A DNA stretch of 64,000 nucleotides from Malacoraja senta (Eukaryota). Each line of letters starts with the position of its first letter. The first letter of the stretch is position 1. A program made the translations under genes and the position numbers. This document shows positions 48,883 to 61,965 of the stretch, piece by piece. Below the pieces are notes generated by a model. It saw nothing but the letters and a program-made list of their open reading frames with translations. It did not search any database and was not told the DNA's origin. The stretch is taken from assembly GCA_038087875.1 (NCBI GenBank), contig JAXLNO010000062.1, positions 124,001 through 188,000 on the forward strand, in the 5' to 3' direction.

Positions 48883-49633
48883 ACACACATACACAGGCAA
48901 AGATGAACAGAGTGCAAAAGAGAAAAAAAATGAACAGAGGGACAGAGAAAAAAAGAGAAAGAGAAAGACAGACAGAGGCAGCACTAGAGCTGCTGCCTCA
49001 CAGCAACGGAGAATCAGGTTTGATTCTGACTACGGATGCTGTCTATGTGGAGATTGTACGTCCTCCCTGTGACCACGTGGGTTTTTTCCAAGTGGTTTCC
49101 GTCTACATTCTAAACTCGTGCAGGTTTGTGGGTTAATTTGCTTTTGTAAATTGCCCCTAGTGTGTAGAGAGTGGATGAGAAAGTGGGATAACATAGAACT
49201 AGTGTGGATGGATGATTGATGGTCGGTGTGGACTCGGTGGGCCGAGAGGCCTGATTCCATGCTGTAATTCTAAACAAAACTAACTACCCAGCTCAACTTA
49301 GATAATTACATTTAAAAGGATAAAACATCTTTAAATAAGAGCGTAGGAAATAGAGGCGAAGTATTCCATGTTCCATGTTATCCCACTTTGTCATCCACTC
49401 CCTACACATTCGGGACAATTTACAGAGGGCCAATTAACCAAGAAACACGCACGTGTCTTGGATATTGGAGGAAACTGAAGCACACAGAAGAAACACAGCT
49501 GGTCACAGAGAGGACGTGTAAATTCCACACACGGAGAGCACCCGAGGTCAGGATCGAACCGGGATCCCTGGCGTTGTGAGACAGCGGCCCTACCAGCTAC
49601 GCTCCTGTGCCGCCCCTGCAAGTATTTCCTCAC

Positions 49634-49890
49634 CTCTGGATTGGCCGTTTGTCGAATCCTTTGGTCTTGAATAACTTGCCACCGTGAATGCACGGGTAGT
49701 CGATCTCGGCAAACTTCAGCGCAGCGTTCATCCGGCGCTTGGGTGCCCGTCGCCGCTGCGCCTCGATGGTCCGCGAGTGCCTGGTCCACATCTGCACGGA
49801 GTTGTCCCTCTGGTAGCGCCGGAACTCCCTGTGCAGCTCGCTGTAGCTCAAGAACTTAGCGCCCACTCGGAAACCCGTCACCTGGGACAT
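49634..49890 (-). CDS. First coding exon of a ZSWIM3-N-like (MULE/FAR1-related DNA-binding domain) protein
   Basis: GCCATG start; MSQVTGFRVGAKFLSYSELHREFRRYQRDNSVQMWTRHSRTIEA...LKFAEIDYPCIHGGK...RPIQR; strong donor CAGAG|GTGAGG; GC-rich, uninterrupted. Confidence 0.68.
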
Positions 49891-50834
49891 GGCTACACGT
49901 GCATCAGATGGAGTTGGCAGACTGGAGAGTGGGCACTGAGAATAGACCACATGCAGAAGATGCAGGTCAGCCAAGGTAGAACGGATCAGAACAGCTCATA
50001 TATAGAGTTCAAGAATGGCACGGTGGCGCAACTGTCGAGTCACTGCCTCACAGCCAGAGACCCGGGATCGATCCTTTGCTCGGATGCTGTCTTTAAAATT
50101 TAGTTCCGATTTCAGAGATACAGCACGGAAACAGGCCCTTCAGCCCACCGAGTCTACCCCAACCAGCGATCACCCCGTATACTAGCACTATCCTACATGC
50201 TAGGACAATTTACAAATTTACAGAAGCTAATTAACCTGCAAACCTGCACGTCTTTGGAGTGTGGGAGGAAACCGAAGATCTCAGAGAAAGCTCACGGAGA
50301 GAATGTACAAACTCTGTACTGACAGCACCCGTAGTCGGGATCGAAACCGGGTCACTGTCGCTGCAAGCGTTTTAAGGCAGTAACTCTACCACTGCGCCAC
50401 TGGAATCTCCACGTCCCATCCACTATCTCATCCCGTCCAGATCTTATCCTTGTGAATGCTGGTAATAGCATCCATTCGTTTTTCTTCCAATGACCTTTAC
50501 CTCTCTGCACCGCTCAAGTCATTGAGTCATACAGCATGGAAATTCGCCCCTCAGCCCAACTCACCCATGCGACCAACATGTCCATGCCTAATCCCTGGGA
50601 TATGGAGCAGAGGGGATTACACACCTGTGATGGGGGAGTCCAGGGATTGGGGACTTGGGGGAACGGGGGTGGGATGGAAAATTCTAGATTTGGAACCGGG
50701 AGCAATTGCGAGGATCGGGGGCAGAAAGATATTTCCTGTTGATAGTCAACCGTGAATCAGCAGAGGGTCATTCAACAGGAAAAAAAACCCAAAGTGCTGG
50801 AGTAACTCAACGGGTCAGGCAGCATCTCTGGAGA

Positions 50835-51635
50835 AGCTGCTTTCTTCCAATATGCCTCAATTCCATTAGTGCTAAGAACTATATTTAACTCTCTTGAACA
50901 CATCCAGTGAATTGGCATCCACTTCCTTCTGTGGCAGAGAATTCCAGATTTACAACTCTCTGGATGAAAAAGTTTTTCCTCATCTCAGTCCAATATGGCC
51001 ATAGCATTCTTAAACTGTGACCCCTGTTTCTGGACTCCCCCAACATTGGGAACATTTTTCCTGCAGCTAGCCTATCTTATCCTTCTAAATGCCAGTGAAT
51101 ATAAGCACAGTCGATCCATTCTTTTATCATATGTCAGTCCCACCATCCCTGGAATTAACCTGGTGAACCTATGCTGCACCCTCTCAAAAGCAAGAATGTC
51201 CTTCCTTAAATTAGGTGACCAAAACTGCACACAATACTCCAGGTGTGGTCTCACCAGGTCCCTGTACAACTACAGTAGGACCTCCTTGCTCCTATACTTA
51301 AATCCTTCAGCTATGATGGCCAACATGCCATTTGCTTTCTTCACTCCCTGCTGTACCTGCATGCTTACTTTCTATGACTGATGTACAAGGACACCCAGGT
51401 CTCGTTGCGCCTCCCATTTTCCTAATCTGACACCATTCAGATAATGATCTACCTTCTTGTTCTTGCCACCAAAGTGGATAACGTCACATTTATCCACATT
51501 ATACTGCACCTGCCATTCATCTGCCCACTCACCCAACATATCCAAGTCACCCTGCAGGCTCATAGCATCCTCCTCGCTCCTCACACTGCCACCCAGCTTT
51601 GTGTCTTCCGCAAACTTGGAGATGTTACATTCAAT
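50835..51635 (-). mobile_element. CR1 LINE 3' fragment, degenerate
   Basis: ISKFAEDTKLGG and VRPHLEYCVQFWSP with stops and deletions. Confidence 0.85.
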
Positions 51636-52479
51636 ACATAGGTACATAGCTGATGTTTCGGGTCGGGATCCTTCCTCACAATGTTCGTAGGGAAGGAGGG
51701 AAGAAATCTGGAAGGGAGGAAGAACAGGGCAAAGAGTAGAAGGTAAGAGGTGAACACAGGCAAGGGCGGTTTTTGATAGGCAGATGTTTAGACAGAGGCC
51801 AGAGAAGGAAATAAGAAGGCGTGAGACGAAAGGTTTGAAGAGTTCTACTATGCTGTTGGGGTTGAGAGATGGAGGACAATTCGGAGACAGGGCAATTCTC
51901 AGTTTGCGAGAACAGTGGCTCAGGATTTAGACGGGACAGCAATCCCAGAAATTGGAAAGATTGCCATGCGTTTACATGGCACTGGTGACCTAGCCGGGTT
52001 TGTGAGCAGATTGCAATTCCCCAGGTTCAAGGGTTAGAGGTCAATCCCTGGGGTTGTGGGAATTTCCTGGATCAGAGATGAGATCCAATCATCAGGCTTG
52101 TGGGCGACAAGTTGCAATCCGAGGGATTGGGGACTGCGGGGGAGATCCAAGGCACCGAAGCCTGGGTTTCCGGAAATTACAATTCCTGAGATTTAGGGTG
52201 AGATTTAGGGAGATCTGGGATGAGAGATGGGGCATGTTCCAACTCCTGCGATCAGTGATGAGGTGGGATCCAATTCCTGGAATTACAGATGGGCTATGGT
52301 CTAATCCCTGGCATCACCAATGGGACAAACCCCAATCCTTGGGATCAGAGACAGGGTGGGGTCCATTCCCAGAGATTAGGATAAAACCGGCTCCAATCCC
52401 AGGGATCAGAGGACGGGTGGGGTCCAATCACTGTGATCAGAGACTGTGCGGTGCAATGGGAAGTGGGAATCACTGGGAT

Positions 52480-53430
52480 CAGGGACAATCCCTGGGATAA
52501 AAATTCCTGGAGTTGGAATAATAATTGACCGAGTGCAGGTGGCGGAATAATTCCCTGTGTTTGAGGTGGGGGCATCCCTGGGTTAGATAGTGGAAATTCC
52601 TGGGGTTCAGATAGCACTGCCTGCATCGGAGCACTGGTTTAATCTGAGGTAATCCCTGGATAAGAGGGGATAGCAATTCCAGACATTATAATAATCGCCT
52701 GTGAGCCGGGGGAATCCCCCAGTCTGGGCTGGGAGCATCTTGCAATTCTCAGCTTTGGGAGGGAAATCATGAGATTGTGGATCAGGGTTAGGGGCAATCC
52801 TTGATTCAGGTAGGCTGCAAGTTCCTGGGATTGGGATAATCGCCCATGTGTGGGTGGGGGGTAATTCCCTGGGTTGGGTTAGGGGTATCTTGCAATGCTC
52901 AGCATTGGCATAGGGGACAATCGCTAATTTAGAAAGGATGGATATTTCTGGCATTGGAATAATAATTGCCCGTGTGCAGGTGGGGATAATTCAATTCCCT
53001 GGGTTAGAGGTAGGGGCACACAGCAATGCTCAGCATTGTGAGGGACATCTACAGGATGGTACATCAGAATAAATCCCTGATTTTGGTGGATGAAAATTCC
53101 TGGGATTGCCCTTGTGCAGGTAGGGTGGTAATTCTCCATGTTTGCAATGGGAGCATCTTGCAAGGCCCCGCATTCGGAGAGAAATCCCTGGGATGGGATT
53201 TAGATCGGATGGAAATTCCTGGCATTGGAATGATAACCATACATGTGGGGTTGATGGGATAATTCCCCAGGTTTGGGGTAGGGGCATCTTGCAATGTTCA
53301 ACATTGAGATAGGGGTCGGGATGAATCCCTGATTTAGATAAGATACAAATTCACGGGATTGGGATAAAAAATACCAGTGTATGTGCGGGGATAAGTCCTT
53401 GTTTTTGGGGTAGGGTAGTCTTCCAATGCT
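52480..53430. repeat. Degenerate tandem repeat, ~130-135 bp period
   Basis: TCTTGCAAT-like anchor recurs near 52738, 52888, 53019, 53157, 53287 and 53419, together with AATTCCCTGGG and GGAAATTCCTGG. Confidence 0.65.
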
Positions 53431-53436
53431 CTGTAT

Positions 53437-54152
53437 AGGGGGTTGCACGTAAGGTCACTGGGTCATAGGGTTTGACGCACGGAGCCGCTCAATCCATCTG
53501 GAGGACATACGTAACTTCCGGTATATGTTATTAATGCAAGAAACGCGTACTTTCCTACCTGTTAAAAACCACCAAAATGTTGAATTTTTGCGCTGTAAAA
53601 AATTGTGGAAGTCGGGGTATGTGTGAGACATGTACCCAACTTCAGAATTCCAAAAGTGAAGCGAAATGAAGGTAAATAGAAGCGAGAGCTGAAGGGACAA
53701 CAGCAGCTAAAGTGCTTGGCGAACATTGGCCATGCAGATATCGCGTTTGCTCGCTGCATTTCATCAACAGTAAGGCATTATTTGTTTTTTTCTTGATTCC
53801 TTTGGTGTCTAAAAAGTCTCAGAGGTGATAAATCTGGTTGTAAATTTTGCTACAGAGGCGTTTTCTTTTTGTATGTAAAAACTCACTTGAGAACCATGGG
53901 CGATTTTAAAATTTTACAGCCAGATTTATCACTTCTGAAACTTTTTAGATGCCAAAGGAATCAAGAAAAAACACAAATAATGCCTTAGTGGGCAAACGGG
54001 TAATGTTCGACAAGCACTTTGGCTGTTGTTGTTCCTTTCAGCTCTCGCTTCTATCTACCGTCATTTCTCCTCACTTTTGGAATTCTGAAGTAGGCTAAAT
54101 GTCTCTCACACTAATCCCGATTTCCATAATTATTTACAGCGCAAAAATTGAC
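53437..54152. mobile_element. Foldback/MITE-like element with long imperfect inverted repeats, right end lost
   Basis: ~53580-53848 is reverse-complementary to ~53908-54152 (e.g. CTTCAGAATTCCAAAAGTGA / TCACTTTTGGAATTCTGAAG). Confidence 0.7.
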
Positions 54153-56129
54153 CACTCTCTCTCTCTCTCTCCTCTCTTCCCCTCTCCCTCTTTCTCCCCT
54201 CTCCCTCTCTCCCCTCACTCCCCCCCTCTCTCTCTCCCCCTCACTCAACCCTCCCCTCTCCCCTAACTCTCTCTCCCCTCTTTCCCCAACTCTCTCTCCC
54301 CTCCCACTTTCTCCCTCCTTCTCTATCTCCCCCTCACCTCTCTCTCTCCCCCATTTCTCCCTCCCACCCTTGCTCTCTCTACCCTCTCTCTCCTCTCTTT
54401 CTCCTCTCTATCTCCTCTTTCTCTTTGCCCCCTCTCCCTTTCCCCCCTGTCTCCCTACCCCCTCCCTCTCCCCTATCTTCTCCCCCTCTCGCTCCCCTCT
54501 CTCTTCCTTTCTTCCCCCACTTCCTCCCCCCTATTTCCCCCCCCCACTCACTCCCTCTTACCTCGTCTCTCTCTTCCCCCTCTCCCTCCTCTCTCTCCCA
54601 CCTCTCCTCTCCCTCACCCCCACTGTCTCCCTGTCTCCTTCCCCTCTCTCTCTCTCCCTCTCCCTTTGAGAGTCTCTGTCCCTTCGGCAGAGACTCACGG
54701 CAGCGGCGCAACGCCTCCGACGGCCCGGGACTCTTGCACTGGGGCTGCTCCATGACCGGAGCTGCAGCGAGCAACTCGCCAGCCCCGCAAACTCTTGCAA
54801 GCCGCGGCTTCCCGCATCTGTCCCAGCTGCAACTTCTGCTTCCATCCCTCCCTCAGTCCCGGCTCTCCAACACCCGCGGCCCATGCAGTTTATGAGTTTT
54901 GAAATTTTCGTTGATCACAGAATTATCTCACGACAGAGCGCGAGAAATTTGTGATCAGCGTGAGGGCGTGAGAATTTGTCGAGATGCGTTATTTAACGTG
55001 TGAATGGGTGATCGAAGGTCAGCATGGTCTTGGTGGGCCGAAAAGCCTATTTCCATGTTAAATATCTAATGGATTAATGCAAGAGACCAAAGTATGAAGA
55101 TGTACTGGAAACCCAGAGGGCTGAAAGATTGGAGGAGGTGGCGTGAATGGCAAAATTCATGTTTCTTTTTCATCTACTCTGATGACCACAGGTTAGGTGC
55201 ATAAATCGCAAACAGTTTTGCTGGTTTTACATTTAATTCTGGCAGTGAATGCCACTAACAAAATGAACCCCCCCCCCCCCCCATCCCCATCCCCATCACC
55301 CAGTTCCTTTCCCCTCCTCCATCCACTCATCTCCCACCCTTCCCAATTCCAAGTCAACCAATTTTATCCCCAAATCCATGCTCATGCCACCCCTGGTTCT
55401 ACATTTTATGCGCTATTTGCACCATTTGGTTTTCTGTATTTATAACCTGCAACTCAATCACCTGCCAATTAGTCCCTCCTCACCTGGATAGAGAAAAATG
55501 CTGGGTGTTTTGTTGTAGTTCAATGTATACATTTTGCAAATAGCTGAATAAATGTAATTTTGTAAAAAAGACAACAGACCATTTGTCTTCACTGGCACGT
55601 TGTATGAACAATGGTTCAATGATGCTTTATTTGTCACAAATGCAACTGCACAGTGACATTGTTTTTGCATATATTACACAGGCAGGTACTGCTGTTTTTG
55701 GCGCCATTATTCAAAGTCCAAAGTCCAGTTGTCCCATGTGCTCAATGTACATATTTACATCTGCTCCCCATCACCCTAATTTTGTTTTAATTTCAAGCAT
55801 TTAGCATAACTATTGAAAGTGATTAGTTCTGAAAGTGTAATTCTAACTATTTAATTAGGGGAAAAATAATCTTATTGATGATCTTACCTCTTCGTCCATT
55901 GGATCTTTGTTACTCATCAATAGATATACGTTGCCCAATAATAACTACGAAAACCTCTCAGGGATTTGAGACTAGTTTCCGAATGGATCCAGCTGTGCAT
56001 GTCCATGCAAAGTACATTGATCATTGATCTAGATCAAATACAAAGTGTTGAAGTGAATCAGCAGGTCAGGTACCAGCTGTGGGGGACAATGGAGAAACGA
56101 TCTTCAGCATCGAGAACCTTCTTTAGTGT

Positions 56130-56420
56130 CTAGTACCGTTGGCGGCCACCACGTGACGTGACGCGGCGCCATCTTGTCGATGCGGCCATGACGACGGTCG
56201 AGGACGGAGCGCGGGCGGGGAGGGGAAGGTGAAGGTGAAGCGGGTTTTTGCTCCACGTCCGTCTGTCTGTGTCTGTGTCTGTGTCTGTGTCTGTCTGTCC
56301 GTCCCCGGGGCTCGTTACAAATAACATTTGCGGTCGTGAAGGACGATCCTGCGTTTGGGAAACGGCGCCGTCGGAGAAAAAAAGCCTCGTCTCCTGAGGC
56401 CCCGGGCGCTGCCTCCCCCT
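56130..56420. promoter_or_regulatory. CpG-island promoter
   Basis: CpG-dense unique DNA; E-box CACGTGAC (56150), overlapping CRE-like TGACGTGA (56154), YY1-type CGCCATCTTG (56167). Confidence 0.7.
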
Positions 56421-56774
56421 GTAGCCCCGCCCACCCCGGGCGCTCCCTCCCACCCTCCCCCTGTAGCCCCGCCCACCCCGGGCGCTCCCTCCCTCCCCCT
56501 GTAGCCCCGCCCACCCCGGTCCCTCCCTCCCTCCCTCCCTCCCTATTCCCCTCCCCTGGCCTCCAGTTCCCGGGCGCTGCCACAGATGCGGGTTCGATCC
56601 TGACTACAGGCGCCTGCTGCACGGCGTTGGCTCCTTCCTTCTCCCCCCACACCCCAAAGTCTTCAAGAGCAGAATTCCGCGAGTCATGGAGGATAAGTGT
56701 ACACATCTCTTTGCCGTGTACAAAAGATGGTGGTAATAGTCAGGTGAGACTTCCACTGCTGAATCACTATCACT

Positions 56775-58397
56775 AGCAATGTTACAAAATTTTGAGATTT
56801 TAAAAATAAATTCTGCAATTTATCCCATCAGATAAAGCATAAAAGAAGTTTAATTTGACACCTAATTCACTTTCATATCTTCAGTATTAAAAAAGTTATG
56901 GCCATTTTCATACTCGTAAATTAGCATCTTGTTCCCTATGCTTTTCCATTGACTTAACACAAAAGCTGTGACCGAGGACAGTTAAAAGCCCATAACTTTC
57001 TTAAAAATTAAGAGAACTGAAAGAAATTTTCAGATATTATAGATTGAAGCATTCTGAAACAAATATGAAACAATCTTACTTAGAAGACATGAAATTAAAG
57101 CATATAATTAGTTGGTTACCTAATTGTAGCTAATTACAAAATTCAATTACTAGATCTAAACATCTATCAATTTCTTAAGAATAGATTAGCATTTTTAAAT
57201 AGCCTACAGGCTCTGTCTTACCTGTTTGCGGTCATCGGCGGTGAAGCGCGGCGTCGCCAGTAGCGGGGACCGCGCGGCAACGGCGAGAGCCGCGAGCCTA
57301 TCCACCGGAGCGCCGCACGGATGCTGCGCGGGGGCCGAGTAATTCAAACACGGCGGGTCCCACGTGCTTGCGGTAAGTTAAAAAAAAGGGCGGGCCGACT
57401 GCGATGACGTCGGCCCGCCGCACGTGACTCACGAGCGGCGGCTGTGGCGGCGGCCATCCTGATCGCGGCGCTGTAGCGGTGGCTGTGTCTGCAGCTGTGC
57501 CGCACACGTGCCTCACTGGCGGAGGCACGTGCCTCACTGGCGGAGGCTGTGGCAGTGGAGGTTTGACGCACGGCGCTCGAGCCACACTGGCGGCGGCCGT
57601 GCCGCACTCGTGCATCACTGGTGGAGGTTGTGCAGTGAGTATATAGTTTTCAACATTGTTGATTTTATTTTAGCACCGTGCGGTGTTGGGAAACGGCCCC
57701 GGAATTGTACGTTCTCACGAGTGCGCGGTCTATGGCGGCAGATTCTTCCCGTTTCGCCGCCAATGACCGCAGACTCGTGAGACAGGCCTTTAAGTGTCCA
57801 AATAACATTCACACAAGAATTCACAATATAACATAATTTTTAAATCTCATTGTCATGAATTTACAGGCCAAATGGAAGGAATTGAATGTTTAATACCTGT
57901 AAATTAATGGGCATTTAAATCATCTTGTGAGTGAGGATTTCTGGAACGCGATCTTTTGGAACGTTCATTTGCGGTGAATTTAACCCCGTATTGGCATGGA
58001 AAATACTGCCGTTCGGGGAATAAAATCACCGTTTCGCATGAAAAAATGTGAATTAAAGGCTTCTTAAGAAGCACTTTTATACATTGAAATAAACCACTTT
58101 CGTTTACCTGTCCCGTGTGTGAAATCGGTCCCCGTTATCGGCGTTGACGGCTTCAGGAGTTGATTTTAAAGTGACTCCAGGGCTGACATTGTCGATTTAA
58201 TAAAAATAAAAAATTTACAAAACGCCCCTAGGAACGATTTTTCAGCAAACGCTTGTACTCCAACGAAATATAATTCAGGACAAGGTAGGAGAAACCCGCG
58301 TTTTAAGCCCGCCCCCCCCCCTTAAAGGTGCCAAAATCGCGCACACGGCCAGTGGCAGAATTGCAGCGCCATTGAAGGTAAGTTTTGTAACATACCT
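56775..58397. mobile_element. Non-autonomous DNA transposon with 9-bp TSD (MULE- or Merlin-like)
   Basis: TIRs AGCAATGTTACAAAA / TTTTGTAACATACCT; exact TSD ACTATCACT (56766-56774, 58398-58406). Confidence 0.8.
57208..57790. mobile_element. Harbinger-type MITE nested in the previous element
   Basis: TIRs AGGCTCTGTCTTAC..GCGGTCATCGGCGG / CCGCCAATGACCGC..GTGAGACAGGCCT, related to the TIR at 2131; TAA-type target. Confidence 0.7.
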
Positions 58398-58507
58398 ACT
58401 ATCACTGAATTAAAATATGTACTCATTCCAGATTCTTTCACCCTCCTGTAGCCTGTACAGTAATATCAATTGGCTAATTGTGCTACGGATCCCTGCCCCT
58501 CCTATAG

Positions 58508-58570
58508 TTGTACAACTCCTGATCGAAGAGGAGGATTTACCAGGAGCCCTGCTGCGGTTATGTTGCATAG
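58508..58570 (+). other. Candidate exon of a plus-strand gene (63 nt)
   Basis: CCCCTCCTATAG| acceptor and CATAG|GTAGGT donor; unique sequence. Confidence 0.45.
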
Positions 58571-59429
58571 GTAGGTTCTGAGGTGCCATGTGATTATGTA
58601 TCCCATATAAATTGCATAATTAAAAATCTGGTTATACATGGTTTAAAATGTATTTGAATAAGTTGTCTTTGGAAGCGAATCAGATGGTCGACACACTTTT
58701 GCCAACGTTACTGATTTGAATGTTGCCAAATCAACCTCAAAGTTGCTGTTGTTAAGCTAAAGTTGACTGACTAAAAGAAAGGAATAGAACAAAGAACATC
58801 ATGGCCCACAATGTCTGTGCCGAACATGATGCCAAGATAAACTAATCTCCTCTGCCTGCACGTGATCCATACACCTCCATTCCCTGCATATCCAGGTGCC
58901 AATCGAAGGATATAGAAGAATGCCATTGAACTGGCAAAAAAACTCATAAATAACTAATTGTCGAGTTCAGCATCTTAAATTGTTTTACTCACTCGCCTAA
59001 CCAGCAGGGAGCGAATCAATGTACTGCATTTCAGTTGTTTAGTCTTGCAATTGATGCTTCCTGCAGCACCAAGTGATAATTACAGTTCCATAACAGCCGC
59101 AGGACTCTCAATTTCACTGCCTACTAAGTTGGGCAGCAGTTTTGAGTGACGCTAAATATCTAGGCTTTGGATTTATTCCAGAGGGTCCTCGAATGAAATT
59201 CAACTGCTGCAGCTCTACTTCGACGCACATTGTTTGTAAAATCTTCACCCTCTCCTCTGGTTATCTCCTCTACACTCTCAGTCCTGGTGCAGGGTCTCGA
59301 CAAGAGACATAGATTATTCCCTTGCTTCCACAGTACTTGGAAGTACCCGCTGAGTTTCTCCAGTAATGTGTTTGTTGCAGTATAACAAAGCTATTGTTAA
59401 TGATACCAGAAATTATTTTCTCTCCACAG

Positions 59430-59500
59430 TCAAGTATGGACAGATTGCCTCTTTAAAGAACATTGGCAGGAAATTCGACACTCGTGCCCTGATATCCAAG
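59430..59500 (+). other. Candidate exon of a plus-strand gene (71 nt)
   Basis: TTTTCTCTCCACAG| acceptor and CAAG|GTAAAA donor. Confidence 0.5.
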
Positions 59501-61965
59501 GTAAAATCGGGGAAGGCTTATTATTGGAATTAGCTTTTATTTCAATGTGTTACAGGAGTACAATATACTGTGCCGTTGTGTTGGTTACTGCACTGGAGCT
59601 ATCACTTCACATTCACTTTGCCCCTCATCGTTTAACCTCCCCACCATCTTTCAAATGAAAGGAAAACATTATGGACATTCCCCAAACAATAGGAGAGATT
59701 AGACAGCAGATGGTGTAATGTCAATGATAATGAAGGGATGTTGCTCATTTAATGGAGATTACAGACTTTGTTTGTCTGAAAGTCTTTGCTTGTTTTGGTC
59801 ATTGTTCAATTTCTTGATCACTTTTAACAGAAATTTTCAACAACCAGCTTTTAATATTCATAAATTTGGAGACAAATGGATTAATTTAGCAATAATTTGT
59901 GAATCTTGTCCTCTCCATAATAAAGGTTGCAAAGCACTAGTGTATGAAAATTGCCTCTAAATTACCTACTTGTTATCTCATTGATAGCTTTGTAAAAGTT
60001 GTTTTACTCTCACTAAGTGGAAAAGTATATTATGTCTATTCTGTTGACCTTCCCTCAATGTTTTTGTCTTTTCCTGAAGTAAAATTTCACATTTTTCTAC
60101 CAATAATTAATCATTTTTACAACTCTCCTAGTGTATCCTTATTTTTTTTAAAAACAACACTGCGTTTTTGAAATTTTGGTTTTGTCCCTCTATAAATATG
60201 TTCGGTTTGTTTTTGCTCCACTTCAATCCACTTCATGATTTTTAATCCACTTCATGAATTTTGTATATTTGTAAGTCCAAATTCATTTTTTCCATTTAGA
60301 TTCTTAGATAGCTAGCCTAGAATTTTGCCACATCAGAAAAACAAGTGTTGCAAAGTTGAAAATAGTATTAATGTGACATCATGTGATTTTACACACATTT
60401 TCTGGGGCATTATTTTAGTGAGTGATTTGTTAACCTAACATCCAGCTCAGCAAAATAATGGCAAAGCCCAAATTCATCTCCAGGGAGATTTTCAATGACG
60501 TTGGTCTAAATAACAACTACCATTGATCGCGGAGAAGAACCAGCTTTTATTAATCAAGTTGAAACTGAATATCGTTAAACAGCAAAACTATGTTATTGTA
60601 GTCCGATTGTTGCATGCTGTAAGCATGTTTATAGAACAGTACAGCAGAAGAACAGACCCTTTGGGCCACAATGTCTGTGTTGAACATGATGCCAAGACCA
60701 TCTCTTGCTTACCTGTGTATTTAATCCATACCCCCCCATTCCTTGCACATTCATGTGCCTATCAAAAAACCTCTTAAATGCCACTATCGTATCTATCTCA
60801 TCCCCAACCTTGGCAGCGCATTTTAGCCACTCAACACCCTCTGTGTAAAAAATAAAATAAAAATAGATCTATAAAGATTGTCCTCCACATCGCATTCGAA
60901 CTTTGCATCCCACACCTTAAATCTATGCCATTCTGCAGATTAAAAAGATTCTGACTGTATCTGATCTATGCCATTCATTTTATATACTTCTATCAGGTCT
61001 CGGTGACACCTCTGACATTCGAGAGAAAACAATCTTAATTCTGACTAACCTTTCCCTGTAGCTAATATCCCCAAACCCAGACAAACTTAACAATTCCAGA
61101 CATTTGCAATCAAAAATATCTCATAGTGCCTCTGCATCTTACACTCCTAATCATGGTTGTCAAGAAGTTAGTCCTCAAGACAACATAGGTTAGTATTTAT
61201 TTCTGTAGAGGCGGAATTAAAATGTCAAAGTTACTGAGTTTTGATTCTGCTTGATATGTGGAAAGACATATGACTTTACATGGAAGTATTGGAGAGAATA
61301 CAAACATGATCAACAGGTGTGGTACCAAACTTGGGAATTACTAATCATCTTTTGATCAATCAGTTAATTTGGCTGGGAACAACAGGAACTTAACAAGATA
61401 CTAGGGTTCTCCATTGCACTCACTACCAACCCTTACAGACAACCATGGCTTATTCCAGACCGAACCATATGTCACTTTAACCACTTCTTTGCTGTGGAGA
61501 GCCTGGAGTTGGCCGAGGCCCTCATTCAGGTTCCCAGTGTAGTAGTGGAGATGGCAGCGACTCATGCTAAGTTCCTGACGCAGCAGTCATCACTGACATA
61601 TATAAACAATAAAGCAATGATGATCTATTTTAGCATAATTCCACTCCATTATTTCATTCCTGGAAACATCCTGAGCAGTAAACAAGATGCTGCGTAGCAT
61701 CAATCCTTTTACTTAGGTCCTTTCACTTTGTTTGATTTTGTGTGACACTTTAATGAAGGCCTTCGATACATCTCTGGTTCTGATGTATCTTTTGCAGGTT
61801 AAGAGTTGTGTAGATGAGGCGGCCATTTCACCAAACATTTTCCCTTGTTTCGCCAAGGCCTGCATCTTTTTTGTGTCCCCCCTTTTCTCTCTTTTCTTCC
61901 CCCCCAGATGCACTCTCATTTCTCCCACCATCCCCCTCTTCTTTAACCCTCTCCATCCTAACTAT

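Larger units (their letters stand above)
47664..50401. mobile_element. Cluster of tRNA-derived HE1-like SINEs (approx. 47664-47950 +, 48323-48400 +, 48980-49283 +, 49385-49616 -, 50016-50092 +, 50100-50401 -)
   Basis: Heads GG.A.GGTGGCGCAGCGGTAGAG (A box) and G.TTCGATCC (B box); CTAAA-repeat tails. Confidence 0.8.

Noticed and set aside
47664..50401. tRNA-like A/B boxes
   Set aside because: SINE heads with SINE bodies and tails, not tRNA genes.
61613..61677. Possible C/D box snoRNA (ATGATGA ... CTGA)
   Set aside because: Only a 2-bp terminal stem, no clear C'/D' boxes and no rRNA complementarity that I could recognise.
61459..61697. Open frame that could be a further plus-strand exon
   Set aside because: Weak acceptor, alternative frames equally plausible and no recognisable protein.
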